A DNA stretch of 64,000 nucleotides, from assembly GCF_964204645.1 (NCBI RefSeq), contig NC_134025.1, positions 2,604,001 to 2,668,000 on the forward strand. Direction: 5' to 3'. The notes under the pieces were generated by a model. That model did not search any database. It was not told where the DNA came from and saw only the letters and a list, made by a program, of their open reading frames with translations. The DNA comes from Tubulanus polymorphus (Eukaryota > Animalia > Nemertea). Positions 46,715-60,004 of the stretch are shown here, one piece after another (the stretch's first letter is position 1; each line of letters begins with the position of its first letter). The position numbers and the translations under genes were made by a program.

Positions 46715-49700
46715 ATGGCCAAATATACTGTTGGGGAGATCATACATCTGAATGTAGGTGGAGAAAGGTAAGGAATCGAGTTGCCTGTAAGGCTGAAAAC
46801 CGTTTATTTACTCAAAATGCATTAATTACTTCCTTCCTTCTATTTATCAATTTAATTTTATTGAGTCAGTGACTGTGCCTATATTATTCCTTTCAGTGGT
46901 GTATTCAATTCAGAATGAAAGTTAAGCCATGCGCCCTCTTCGATTATACTATCTTTTGACTCCTATGTTCAGGAGGTTTCGGTTTCTACCAATCCATCCA
47001 TCTCTGACGACAGAAATCTTCGAAGTTCAAAGCCCTCTTTACAATGGCAATGCATTACCTAGTCTTAAAGAATATTCCATCTTTCAGAAGAGCACAATCA
47101 AAAGGAGTCTGTAGGACTGTTTGCTGATTTATGCTGTGTTGAGTAATCCTATGCAATATTTCATTTATAGATTTTCGACCTCAAAGCAGACATTATCATG
47201 GATACCGGACTCATTCTTTTCAAGGTACAGTTGGTCATCAGAGACAAAGATTCAGACTATAGATAAAAAAGCTGAGCAATAGTTTTATTTGTTTCTCTGT
47301 ATTTTAGCATGTTAAGCGGAAGGATTGCATCTCAGAAAGATGAAGCAAATGCAGTAAGTAAAACCTACTTTACGCCCTACTTTTTTGGGCTACAAGTGAA
47401 TTTCAATATTTGGTTATTGACTATAAGCAATCTTCATCTTTTATATTTCAGATATTTATTGATCGTGATCCAAAACTGTTTGGCGTAATACTTAATTACC
47501 TCCGAACAAAAGATATTAATTTAAGGTAAGATTTTAGTTTGAAACACAATTCATTTCAATCATTTTAATGAATCGTAACTTATGTTTAGATGTGATTTAT
47601 TTAGTGGTATTGATTTACACGCTTTGAGACACGAAGCTGAATTCTATGGGATAACTCCACTACGTAAGTATACTATAGTAAAACCTCCTATAACAAATGT
47701 TTTTTCTTTGGATCCCAAACAAGAGAACCTCCACAATGAATGTAGTGAATACTTTTTCTGGTACCAAACGAAAATTTGACCTCTCTCGCTACTCACATGC
47801 CAGTGCTGGATTCAATGAAGTATGATGTTGTTGTTTTTTAGTTAGGAGAATCACATTGTGCGCAGATCTCGAACAGAATCCATGCGGCGATGTTCTTTTT
47901 CACGGTTTTCTTTACGCTCCTGGTAAAATTACTTGGAATTCATATTTTCTTCAAGTATAGCAAGGCTAAGATCGATGTTGAACTTGTGGTTTTCAATTTC
48001 TGTAGATTTATTGGATCGGCAAAAAAGAGAATCCTTGACAAGTATTGAAGTAGAAATAGCGGCTGGATCAGCCGGCCATGCAGTTGAAGTAACTACTCAA
48101 TGTGATCATTTTCAGAGGTTAGTTCATAACACGCGACAAAAAGGTTTTCTTTTTCTTCCAATGTTTTGAAATGATTGTTCTGATTATAGATCTTTGATTA
48201 TAACCTGCTATTACAGATATAAATTACTATCATCATTTGATACAAAACAAGAAATTCTGTTTAATCTTACTTTCAGAATACAAATTTTTTATCAAATGTG
48301 TAAAGCATCGTTGATAGTTGGTGTGATTTGGTTTGGTTTATTTTTGTATTTTTAGACCATCGTCTTGTGATTCAAGATTGCTTGGCTCTAGTTTAAATTC
48401 CTCACCAGATTTACGATCTTTGAGATCCGAATTAGGAGCAGCTCTTCCTGCTGCGTGTAAGTTAACAGGTTCTTACATTCCTACAGGGAAATTAGGGAAA
48501 ATTAAGAAATTACGGATTGATTTTTCCCTTAAGAGAAAATCACACAATTCTGACTCTTCTTAAAAATCAGGGAAAATTTGGGAATTTGTATTTTTGGTGT
48601 CTTGACCTTGCTGGTGATGAGTGGAACACGGATCGTTTAGAGAAGTTACAACCCCAACCGAGGATTTCCAATAATTTGATTAGGGAACTTTTGGTCAACG
48701 GTTATGGTAAAGCAGGGATGTATCGGGGTATTTTGAATTTCCTGATCCATAAAAATCCTGTCTTTAGAACGAGTATTTCCTGTTCTCACTAGATCAATAT
48801 TCTTTACAGCCATTCCGTGTTCTTTCCAAGATCCCATGAAAGTAACAATTGTTCGAGGCCATCACAACTGGATCGCGGTCGCTTATCTGCATTTTGTAGC
48901 TTGTTACAGGTAAAAACCTCGACTTAGAAATCATTCACAAAATGCCAGTTCGAGTCTGTACTTTATATTCCTTTTATTCCTTCTATAGAATGAAAGATTC
49001 AACCGGCTGGCACCTGGCCTGGACGAGTCCGTGTCTCGGAGCGGTGGTTGAAAGAATCGCTTTAAACGCTAAAGTCGTAGCAAATCCTAATCAAGACAAC
49101 ACGATTAAAATGGTCGCCGTTTCATCAGGAAGTCAAATTCGTTTGTGGAGTATTAAAGATGGCGGCGAAACTAAAGAAATTGGTAAATTTGTCTATGATT
49201 CTCAGTTCAAATAACGTTATTTCTCGCCTGATGTTATGAATAAGATAAATTTTGCTATTTCAGGTGTGTTTAACTTGTCTGTACACGTGGACTCATTATT
49301 CTTCATCGGAAGTCAGTTAGTCGCCTTGAGTCATACGGGTAAGATCGGAGTATGGCACGCTATGACTCTTAATTGGCAGGTATGATAATCGCATTCAACC
49401 ACTGTAAATTGCATCTTCATCATCAAAAAGTATGAATTGAAAATATCTGCTGTTGTCTATAATTTACAGGTACAAGATGTGGCGCCGATCACAAGTTTCG
49501 ATACGGCTGGTTCATTTCTACTGTTGGGTTGTAAGAATGGATCTATTTACTATATAGGTAATAAATATAGCTATCTATAAACTATTTGTCTTCATGAATA
49601 TTAGTTTCGATTCATTGATCGATGAGGTGTTTATTTCAGACATGCAGAAGTTTCCATTGAGAATGAAAGATAATGATTTACTAGTGACCGAATTGTATAA

Positions 49701-52039
49701 AGATCCTGCAGCGGACAGCGTAACGGCTTTAAGTGTTTATGTTACCCCTAAAACTAGTAAGTTGACGCTTCATATAACGAGTTATCACTTCTTCCATCTT
49801 GGAAATTATATGATTTCGTGCTGTATTTGAAGGTCTCAGCGGTAATTGGATCGAAATCGCGTATGGTACGAGTTCCGGTAATGTGCGTGTGATCGTTCAA
49901 CATCCCGAGACAGTTGGACAGGGACCTCAACTTTTCCAGACATTCACAGTTCATCGTAGTCCGGTGACTAAAGTCATGCTCTCCGAGAAACACCTTGTAT
50001 CAGGTACGTGTGGTCGGTAAACCACCCCTCATAACACCGCAGTATTCAAACCTAAACACTTTATCACACTAACCCACACCACTTCAGTATACCAATCACA
50101 ACCTATTTATTTCAGTGTGCAGTGAATATAACCATGTAAGAACTTGGAGTATGACTCGATTTCGTGGTATGATCTCAACTCAACCGGGTTCCACTCCTTT
50201 GGCTTCGTTCAAAATAATGTCTCTCGAAACAGTGGAACCACAGTTGAATTACGCTGCCGGGAATGATTTTGGTGAGTTTTTAATTTGCTTTCGCCTGACT
50301 CGGTTCTATGACTACGATCTGAAATTCTTTAATCTATTTTGGGTTCTAGGTCCATTTGGTGAACAAGACGACCAACAAGTATTCGTTCAGAAAGTTGTTC
50401 CAGAAACCGATCAGTTATTTGTCCGTTTGGCATCGAATGGCAAACGGTTAGTATCGGTATTCACAAATAAAACCGAGTCAAATCTAAATCATGAAACAAT
50501 CTTCAGAAAGACTTCAACTGTTTTTCAGGATGTGTACTATTGAGTCAGTAGATGGTAGTAGTATTAGTGCATTTTGCGTACATGAATGTGAAGGATCTAG
50601 TCGTATGGGTTCTAGACCGCGTCGATATATATTCACTGGTCATTCTAATGGCTGTATTCAGGTAACATATACACAGATAGTGTCATCAATCTGCACGCAA
50701 CATCCATCCCCTCGTCGGAAATTGATAAAAGATGAAAAGATGACATTAATAATGAGCAAATAGAGTCTAGAGCTGTAATTTACCGGTATTTATTAGTTTT
50801 AACTATGTCCTAATAGTCATCTTCAGCAATACAGAATACGTTGTTACAAAATTACGAGATACCAAAATACACTTTACTTTCAAAAAGTGAATGTCCAGAC
50901 TTTACTCTAAAAAGGTGAATGCCTGCTGCAGGGGATGGATCCCAGCTACAGGTTGATACACGCAGTAACTGAAGTGACCTGAAAAATGTTGTTTTGAGTT
51001 GCTTCTCTTGATCTGACCCCTATTCCGGCTAAACCAATTACTCGCATTTGATGAATACTCATTATTCATATTCGTATAAATATAATGATTATTCATATTT
51101 ATTTGATATCTATGTAAATATCCTGTGTCAATTTTGTAGATGTGGGATTTGACTACCGCTTTAGATTTAGCTATAAAGGGTGAACAAAGTAAGTACTCAC
51201 CGCAAAAGTGTTTCGTTATTTCTTTCAAGTATATTATATAATTTATTGTTCACATCCTGTGAGGGAAGGGAGTTGACACTATTTTAGGAAATGCTGCTGA
51301 ACTAGATTTATGACGGATTGTTGTTGTAATGAATATAAACTGATGAACTCATTACCCTCAGACTCCTCAGTAATCAGTGATGAAATTGTTTGTCGAGGCA
51401 TTATTTATTGATGGACAGATATGGATAGAAATTATGGACTAATTGAACATAGTTATAGAAAATATCCTGAATAGCTCAATGACCTTGATTACTTGAACTT
51501 GGAAATTGACCGGGAAATGTTTGGGTAATATTTGAATCAATCACACTAGAATTAATGCGTCCTGTTTTTAGTCAGCATTTTCGACGTTAAGTTCAGGAAA
51601 TGTCTCATTGTGGATGAAAATTCCAGGGGCCGATTTAGGCAGAGCCCAGAGTCCCCCATTTTTTGCCAAACTAGCCGGTACACTTTCATAATGGTTAAAG
51701 TAACAAATTATTGCTGGTCATTTTGTTTTAGAATTCCTGTAGATTCTTAGAAAATGATCTGTTTCTTCCAAATATTTTACAGGGAGGACCCCTAAACTAT
51801 CCATAAAAGGCTTAGCGAACCTATGCGTACTGAATAATTGATGTCTTCTAAATATTTTTCTTTCAGAACCAGAACTTGGTGGACCGACGTGTGAAGAAAT
51901 GATTAAGTTACTCGATCAATGTGATCTGAGCAGTTCGTGTAGTCCTACACCTTGTGTTAGTCCTTCACCGTCATTAATGGTGGCAAAGAGTCGTAGACAT
52001 GTAACTCCTCAACCATCGACCAGTAACAATTCTACATGA
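46715..52039 (+). CDS. KCTD3: BTB/POZ + WD40 protein KCTD3/SHKBP1
   Basis: About 17 GT-AG exons from [134 protein letters not shown] to LLDQCDLS...ST*. Confidence 0.93.
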
Positions 52040-54105
52040 ATTTTATCATAATCAGCTTCTTGTGTTTAATGTAAAACAGCTCAATGATTCGTGCTAATAA
52101 CGACTGATAGAACACTCTGAGTCCATGTTGTAACAATGATATACAAAATCCCTCAATCAGAAAGTAAATAGATTCCGAAAATATGTTTAATGGTTTGTTT
52201 TTGACGTTTTTACTATATATAAATAACTTTAATTATAACTTAAGTATTCCTGATGATGACTTTTTAAAATAGTTGAAATGTCGAAAATGAATTGTTAACT
52301 TGACGAGGCTTTTGCAGACTTTTCTTCATTCTGTATTGTTGGATTTTCTATATTGTTCGTGCTAATGATAATAAAAGCAAATGTGATATAATAATGCGTG
52401 AACTGTGTTGTTGTTTTTGCCTCAGACTCTTGACAGTTCCTGTCAGTTTCGGGGATTTGCCTAAATCCCATCAGAGAGTGACAGATTTTTATTTTAGTTT
52501 ACTCTGATACTGTTATCATCTAATAGGAATTGTCGGTTTTGAAGGAATCCATGTGCGACTACCTGAGAACGCAAGAGCGTTTACAAATTTTCCGAAAAAC
52601 CGAATGAAGAAGGCAGAGGACAGGGAGTACCGAACAATAATACGAACGAAAAGGCATCAAAATATTCTCCATTCCTTCAATGACACATTCTTAAAGTAGC
52701 CTTCCATTGGATACATTATTTCAATTATAGCATATAATCTGTTCTAGAGAATGACAACACTAATTAGTTACCGAAAAGTGCGTAAATAGTATTTTTGTAG
52801 GTTAATTGTGGAATTCAATACGAGGACACATTTCATCGTCCATAATTTCATTACCTTATGTCAATACATATATGCACACACTGGTAAATAGAAATATCAT
52901 GCCGGCCATGTTCACAAGTCGTGACATCTTAGTTTCTTTCATACGTTAAAAAAAATCCCATCTAGTTGTTTAAGCGAACAAAAAAACTTGGTAAATGAAT
53001 ACGAAAAACGGATGATTGACATCTCGGGACAATCATCAATGGCATCCGTTATCAAAAACAGATGATTGTTCATTTATACCAACGAGAAATGATAATAGCT
53101 ATAGATTGCAAATTGAATATCATTGTCATTTAGATGATGTTACGCAAACATAATGATTACATCTTTATTTATCTTGATAATTTTCTTTTTTCATGGATGC
53201 ATAAAGTATATTAAAGAGAGGAAAGGACATGGGGCAAACCAAACAAACTTTTTATTCTATCCAAATTATTTTGTATGAAAATTGCCGGCTCTCTTAGATG
53301 AAATAGACTCAGTTAAGAAGCACTTTATGCTCTGTATCGTTTTATATTTTAATCCTATTACTTATCCTGTTTTATGTAAAGCGTTACGAGTCTGTATAAT
53401 GAGAATAATAAACACTATCATGTTATCTCACGCTGCGTGGGACGTTGTAGTTGCTGGGAGAATTAGATTAAATACCGGTACAATTTCAAACGGATTTTTG
53501 GGAATTATGATATATAACTGATAAACAGTCGACAGGCACATCATCCTGTAATGACTATTTCTAGACATTAGAAAGAAAATATACCGTGTTAGTGAATTTT
53601 ATTTTCTATCGGTCTCTCTGACACATCGCGGACTCTAATAGTCCATGGCCACATCACCTTGTAAGACTCGATATCAACTTCTACACGACTAACATACACG
53701 ATTCACACGTAGGTCCGATTTCTGATATCATAACGATGCCATCTTAGGATCTGTTTTAACTTTATCGCAGGGTGATGAGGAAGCAACTGAATAATGGAGA
53801 TAGACGGTAAACAAAATGAAAAAAGTAGGCGTTTGGTGACTTAATGATTCGTTGTAGGAAATATGTAGTACTTCTTAGTATTTCAATCATAAAAGCGTTA
53901 GATGTAAAATATATAGCATCATTTTCAGAGATAATTATGATGGAGACAACAGTTCGCTGTAATTATGGTAATTTTGAGCTATTACTACGTAAACAATGTC
54001 AATTGATCTTGTTTTTTTAGTGGAGATGCTGCTGAACAAATAACTGTTACTGCTTTTGGATTATGATGAAATAATTCTATCTATCCCTAATTACTCCCTG
54101 GCACT

Positions 54106-54140
54106 TATATAAATAGCCGCATCACGCTCTTCCATTCATT
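54106..54140 (+). promoter_or_regulatory. TATA + Inr core promoter of the VWA gene
   Basis: TATATAAA at 54106-54113 and Inr-like TCATT at 54136-54140 (~30 bp spacing), ~40 nt before the ATG at 54180. Confidence 0.65.
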
Positions 54141-54179
54141 GCCAAAATCGGAGAGCCGCGACTGCAGCACGGTCTGAAG

Positions 54180-57150
54180 ATGGGTTACCTGAAACTGGTT
54201 TCGTTGTTTGTACTCGTTGTCCAAGCTGTAAGTAATCTTTAGATTTGTTTGTCTGATATTGTCTGAAATCAATAGAATCTTGATAGAAATTAAAGACACA
54301 TCAAAAAAAAATATATGTCATCAATGATTTATCCATAAAACTAGAATTGCTGTTTTATTCTTGTTTAAACGGTTTTTTATTCCACCATGAATTCATCATC
54401 AGTGAATATAGATTCAGATAGAAATTAATTATTTTTTCTATTTTCCGAACGCTATTCTATAAAAGAGAACAACAAAACATTGACCGAATGCATTATATGT
54501 CATCTCACGTGTAACAAAAAATTGATGTCATTTTTATTGTAGATATCATGGACGGACGCAAAAGGTAAAATAGAAAGGAGCCATGAAATGATAACATTGA
54601 CAATGAAAATAAAGGAAATATAAAACATGAATCTGTTCAATTTGAAAAATCGTATACCAAATTATCATTGTATTAAATCATTTATTGTATTATTATCATT
54701 AAGCGTGTGGAATCGCTGATATAGTTCTGATCCTGGACGAGTCAACCAGTATCAGAAGCGAATCTTACAATCAACAACTAGTATTTGTCCGCAAGATGGT
54801 CGAAAGTTTGAACATTGCACCTGGTCAATCGCAACTCGGAATCCTGTCGTTTGCTTCGCACGCCAAAACCCGCTTCAATCTGAATAGATACACGAATAAG
54901 GCCGACTTGCTTAAAGAAGTGAAAACATTCAAGCAGATGACAGGAGACACTCATACGTGGGAAGCGCTTGAACTCGCGAGAAAAACCACCTTCAAGCCAA
55001 AAAACGGCGCCAGACCAGACAAGGTTCCTCAAATAGCGTTCGTGATTACGGATGGTAACTCACAGCAACCGGACGATACTGCCAAACAAGCCAAACTCAC
55101 CCGAGCTGCTGGAATCGACATATATGCCATCGGTGTCGGGGGAGGTATCAGCGACAAAGAATTACTGAATATCGCTGGAACGAGAGAAAAAGTGCTTTTG
55201 GTCGACGATTATGATCATTTAGTCGAAGCGCAACACCGTATACTCGATAGATTTTGTGCGGGTAAGAAATCATATTTCTATATTCTAATAATTACTACAT
55301 GCAGAATAAACTGCACTTGCTCATGAGTATGATATTCTATTGCTTTTTATTTCATTTTCAGATCAACCAAATGACCAGGGTATGTATGTCACAGTAACCA
55401 TTACTAATCATCCACACCACGCATATTTTCATTTTTCTGTTTTACGTATATATAACCAATATATACTACACATTTCGTTTTAAGGTTTATGCGCAAAAGC
55501 TGATGTCGCTTTCGTGATGGACACACCAAATGCTCGGCAAGTAGATTTAGCGGGAGCCAACGAGTTCATGAGAGTAATTACAAAAGAATTAGAAATCGGT
55601 GACAGGGTGAAGGTTGCATCCGTGCCGACCGAATGCGTCGAACTAGCGAAATTCAAACTCAACGCTCACGATACTAAAGAGAAAGTGCTCGATGCATTAC
55701 AGGTAGGTAATTCTCATCCATAAACGTCGACCACATCGGATTCAGAAAATTTTGAAATTTGATGAATGAAAATTAACGATTCGCTGTGAAAAATCTATGA
55801 AATGCCAATTTCCAGGGTGATTTGTGTAAGTGCGAGAGAGATGAGGTATACAGGCCAAAACCCTTTGTCATATTCATGTAAATAAAATCAAACTAACCAA
55901 AATATATGTATGTATGCAGGCAAACTAACCTACTAAACCGTAGTTAATTATCTTGCTTATCACACATTATTACTAACACTTTTGACTTGTAACCAGAAAC
56001 TTATGAGGGCAGTTTTTATTACAAAAAGGGAAATCATCGATATCAAATAAGCTCATCTTTTAAGCAAAATTAAGACTATTATTATATGAGATTATTATTT
56101 GAGAAAGAACATATATTCTATGCTCGAACCTATGACATTCTCGTGGAACCCAGTGCGCTATGCGCACAACCGATATGTTGTGGAATACCAGAAATACATA
56201 AAAAGGATGTATTTTTGGTAACATTTATAGGAGTTAATACTCTGTTCAGGAGTCCGTTATCTATGGTGGCCGATTCGGGCCATACTTAAAAATTTTTCTG
56301 TACGGCGAAAGTAACGATAAAAAAATTCATCACTCAGCCACCATTCAGAATCAGCCACCATAGTTATCCAGTCATTTTCGGATTATGAATTTAAAGTAAT
56401 CCACGGGTCCGTTGGTTTAATTACTTACTGTAGTGACAAATGAGATGCCTTGGTAAGACATTGTAGAAATATAATTTTGTCTATAGCGCTTCAATTAATA
56501 TATCTATACCGATATGATCATAGTTCAAAAACATATTTTTTTGGTATATTAACTGAAATTACGCTTTCTCTATTCTACATCCCGCTATATAATGGATTTC
56601 CTGAAGAAATTCGATAACAATATAAAAACGAATTTTCTTCGAATTATGTAGTTGCACAAGAAATCGAAATCTGGTTTGACTTCACTTCTGTCGATGGCTC
56701 GCTCTGAAACTTTCACATCTGCAAACGGTGGCCGATCTGACGCTAAAAAGGTGATCGTTCTGGTGACAGATGGTAAACCGGGACATGTATCTGAACTTCA
56801 AGCTGAAAGCGAGAAACTGAAATCTGACAACTTTGAAGTGTTTGTTTTGGGAGTTGGTGACGCCGTAGATGCGAATGCGCTGAAGAAAGTAGCTACCAGT
56901 GAGAATCATTACATCGCTGTTTCTGATTACGAATCACTTCGCAAGAAAAAAGATGACGTTGTTGCCGGAGTTTGTAAACATCCCGCCGCCAAAAAGGTAT
57001 ATATCTGACAACCATAAGAACACTGTGAAACTTGAATAAATATATCATACATTATAGATGATCAATGATAATCCGATATCTTTCCAGACCAAGAGAACTC
57101 TAGAAAGCATCATTGAAGAACTAAGCATGTTGGAAGAAGCATCTGGATAG
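54180..57150 (+). CDS. Secreted protein with two von Willebrand factor A domains (matrilin/collagen VI-like VWA)
   Basis: Exons ~54180-54227 (signal-peptide-like MGYLKLVSLFVLVVQA), 54543-54564, 54704-55261 (ADIVLILDESTSI...AFVITDGNS...IYAIGVG), 55361-55378, 55485-55702, 56652-56996 (VIVLVTDGK...VFVLGVG), 57088-57150 (TKRTLESIIEELSMLEEASG*). Confidence 0.88.
56261..56363. mobile_element. Short MITE in a VWA-gene intron
   Basis: CTATGGTGGCCGATTC ... GAATCAGCCACCATAG (15/16 inverted match), with TTAT on both flanks. Confidence 0.6.
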
Positions 57151-58347
57151 ACAATTTTAAAATTACACACTATAAGATTGTGAGCTAACCCGAGTAAATG
57201 TTTCAATTTGATTGATTGTAAAGTAGTCTGGTTGTCAAAACATGTTTTAAGAGATAATGTTGTATATTCAATTTAAATAACTTATAGCTGTTTTATAATC
57301 AGATGCCGTGTTATGAGAGTGCTTTTAGTCAATGTAAATAAATTGCCCGCGCCGCTGCCTCCGATTCATTGCCGTTCCAGACTGCTTCGCGCTTTTTTCG
57401 TCTCAATACAACAATAATCAATCCTCGATATGAATTGAACTTTCTGTGTTTTCTCTTTTTTCAACTATTGTTTCATCTATCGGTTTATTCAAACATCGAA
57501 ATTTCAATGGGATATGTGACTTCTGTACGACTTCAGTGGCCCATGGCATCTGACCCTTTATCCCCGAGCTTCATGGAACTCGTTTATGTGAAAAATGGAC
57601 GAATTATTGACGAAAGGATTAACAATGATAATACGGTGTCTGCAGTGTGTGGAAGTCTATCCCATCGAACGAAAAATGTTGTGAGAAATTGAGTTTCATT
57701 ACAAGACGATATTATTCAACATTTCAACTACTAGATCTCTCTGCAGGGATTTTGTCCACGAATTGTTACTGTTTTCATTTTATTTTGTGTCGGCCGATTT
57801 CATCAATTTTTCCAAAGGATTATTCCCAGAAACCCATAGCGAACACCCACAGAAGAGGACCGTTCCTGCGTGGGAGCCTGCTGTGTGCTGCAGCACAAAC
57901 ATAAAAATGTACTAATTCAACTTATGGCACTATATTTATGGTGTCATCAGAATGATAAATCTTCTAACTTTATATCAATTTCATCACTTAATGCCTTTTT
58001 GATAGGCCAACCTAATGTTGTGATGACAGCGTGGTAAATTATTACAACGAACTGCAGTGTGTAGTATAGATCTGACGGCACCGGGTACCAGCAGCACGAT
58101 GATTTATGTTGGGGTACATGAACTTGAATGATGGTCAGACTATCTTTCGCGAGTTTAAGATGCTTCCGAACAGTCTGGACAAAACTAAATCTTCCTTGGC
58201 CCAGACCCACTAAACACTAGGCCCACACGCGGCTAGTCAATTGCGACAATTGGTATAGTATTTCAAAGGCAAAATTGCAGAACTTGACTACTTTCACCTT
58301 GGTGCGGCGCTGGCACCAGCCTGAACGATTTTAGATATACCCGGTAC

Positions 58348-58515
58348 CACAGGGGCTCGTATCAGAGTTGTAGGTAATGTAAAAACGATAATCTGTTAAT
58401 CCAATGTATATAGTATAATATTCTATATAGAATATTATAGAATATTATACTATATACATTGGATTAACAGATTATCGTTTTTACATTACCTACAACTCTG
58501 ATACGAGCCCCTGTG
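58348..58515. mobile_element. Palindromic hAT-type MITE with 8-bp TSD
   Basis: 80-bp perfect inverted arms (58348-58427 / 58436-58515) beginning CACAGGGGCTCG; direct repeat CCCGGTAC at 58340-58347 and 58516-58523. Confidence 0.92.
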
Positions 58516-59903
58516 CCCGGTACCGGTATTTATTAAAGATCAAAAAGTTAGTTCACAAGGATTTTACATGGAAATACCATCGGTGCTTTCTGTCACCGGG
58601 TATTATCTTTCGTTGCATTTTCTTCGTTTCTTTTCGTTAAGCCGCCGCCGTTCTATGGTATAGGCTAATGTGTGTGGAATGTGGGATTCGAACTTACTGA
58701 TATTGAAAGCAGTATTCAACCCCTCCCTAAATGATTGCAATAAATACTCACCCTTGCTAGATAAAATCAAATTTACTTTATTGAAAGTGGTAACTTTTCT
58801 GGATAAACAGCTTGAATTATCCGAACGAATGACTGAAGATCTTTGTATAAACCTATTTCATTTTTTTTAATAAGATTCTGGGTATCTGTACCCGGACATT
58901 AAACTGTTGGTAAGTAAGCTTTCATTTGAATTTTATGCAGATTCTTTTTGCACCGAAATTTTTTTTTCGCGTTTCTTATTCTGTTCTGTTCTGAATCTGG
59001 GGATTTCTGAGCCTGGGCTGACGCGACGACACTGAGTCCGAGAGTGAGACAGTTATTATTAGCGAATTACAGGAGCCAGGCATATCGAAGGTCTAATGTC
59101 TGTAGCTGCGTTATAGGAGTATGGCGGGAAAATATAGTTTGGTTTGTCTAAAAAAATAATTAAAGAATTCAGGACAGAGCTTTTGAAAGCATTTTCAAAA
59201 AAAATCCACAAATCAGAAAACCTAAACTTAACCCCCCCCCCCCCCCCCATATGGACTGAATGGTGATTTCAGATATTTTTTCCATTACAAGATTTATTAC
59301 CCAAAAACTCTCCCTTGTGATGACTTAGTCTTAGATCTGTCCTTTGATGGCTAGGATAGTAGAAAGGTAGTCTAGTACCTAGCTAACAACGACTGGTATT
59401 CAGACTAGTAGAAAGGGTAATAAACATTATTGCATTCGAGAACTCAGATAATCAATAACAATTCATTAATCATTCTTGTAGGACAAATTAATTTTGCATG
59501 TAGGCCTTAAGATTTTCGGTGGGGATAGAATAATCACAACAATCGACCTCCTCTCTCTTTTCCTCCAAATGGAGCTCATTAACATTGATAAAATATGAGA
59601 CACATTAGTGATTGAGGGTCTCGGCTGACAACAGATGCTCACTGAAAACATCACAATATAACATCGTAACAGAAGGATTTATAATCAGTGGTAGCCACGC
59701 GTGCCCTGCAGAGCATAAAGACCTGAGTATAATAGCCACATTATCAATTGAGGATAAATACATTTTTCAGACTCACTGAATTAAATTATTGTACAGTTGT
59801 AAAGGGATTATTAGGCTATATGCTTCATTAACTAATAGAAAGTTGCCGGCTTATTTAGGTTATACCCCGATATATGATTTTCATTGCTTCGATTTTTCAG
59901 GAT

Positions 59904-59973
59904 ATGTCAAACTGGTGTAGTAGTGATAATAACAAAATGTCTGGTCGAATTTTAACGCATCAAGGTATAAGAG

Positions 59974-60004
<31 letters not shown>

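Noticed and set aside
51375-51472. Intronic C/D-box snoRNA (GTGATGA...CTGA) in KCTD3
   Set aside because: No terminal stem or recognisable rRNA-complementary guide; such boxes are frequent by chance in AT-rich DNA.
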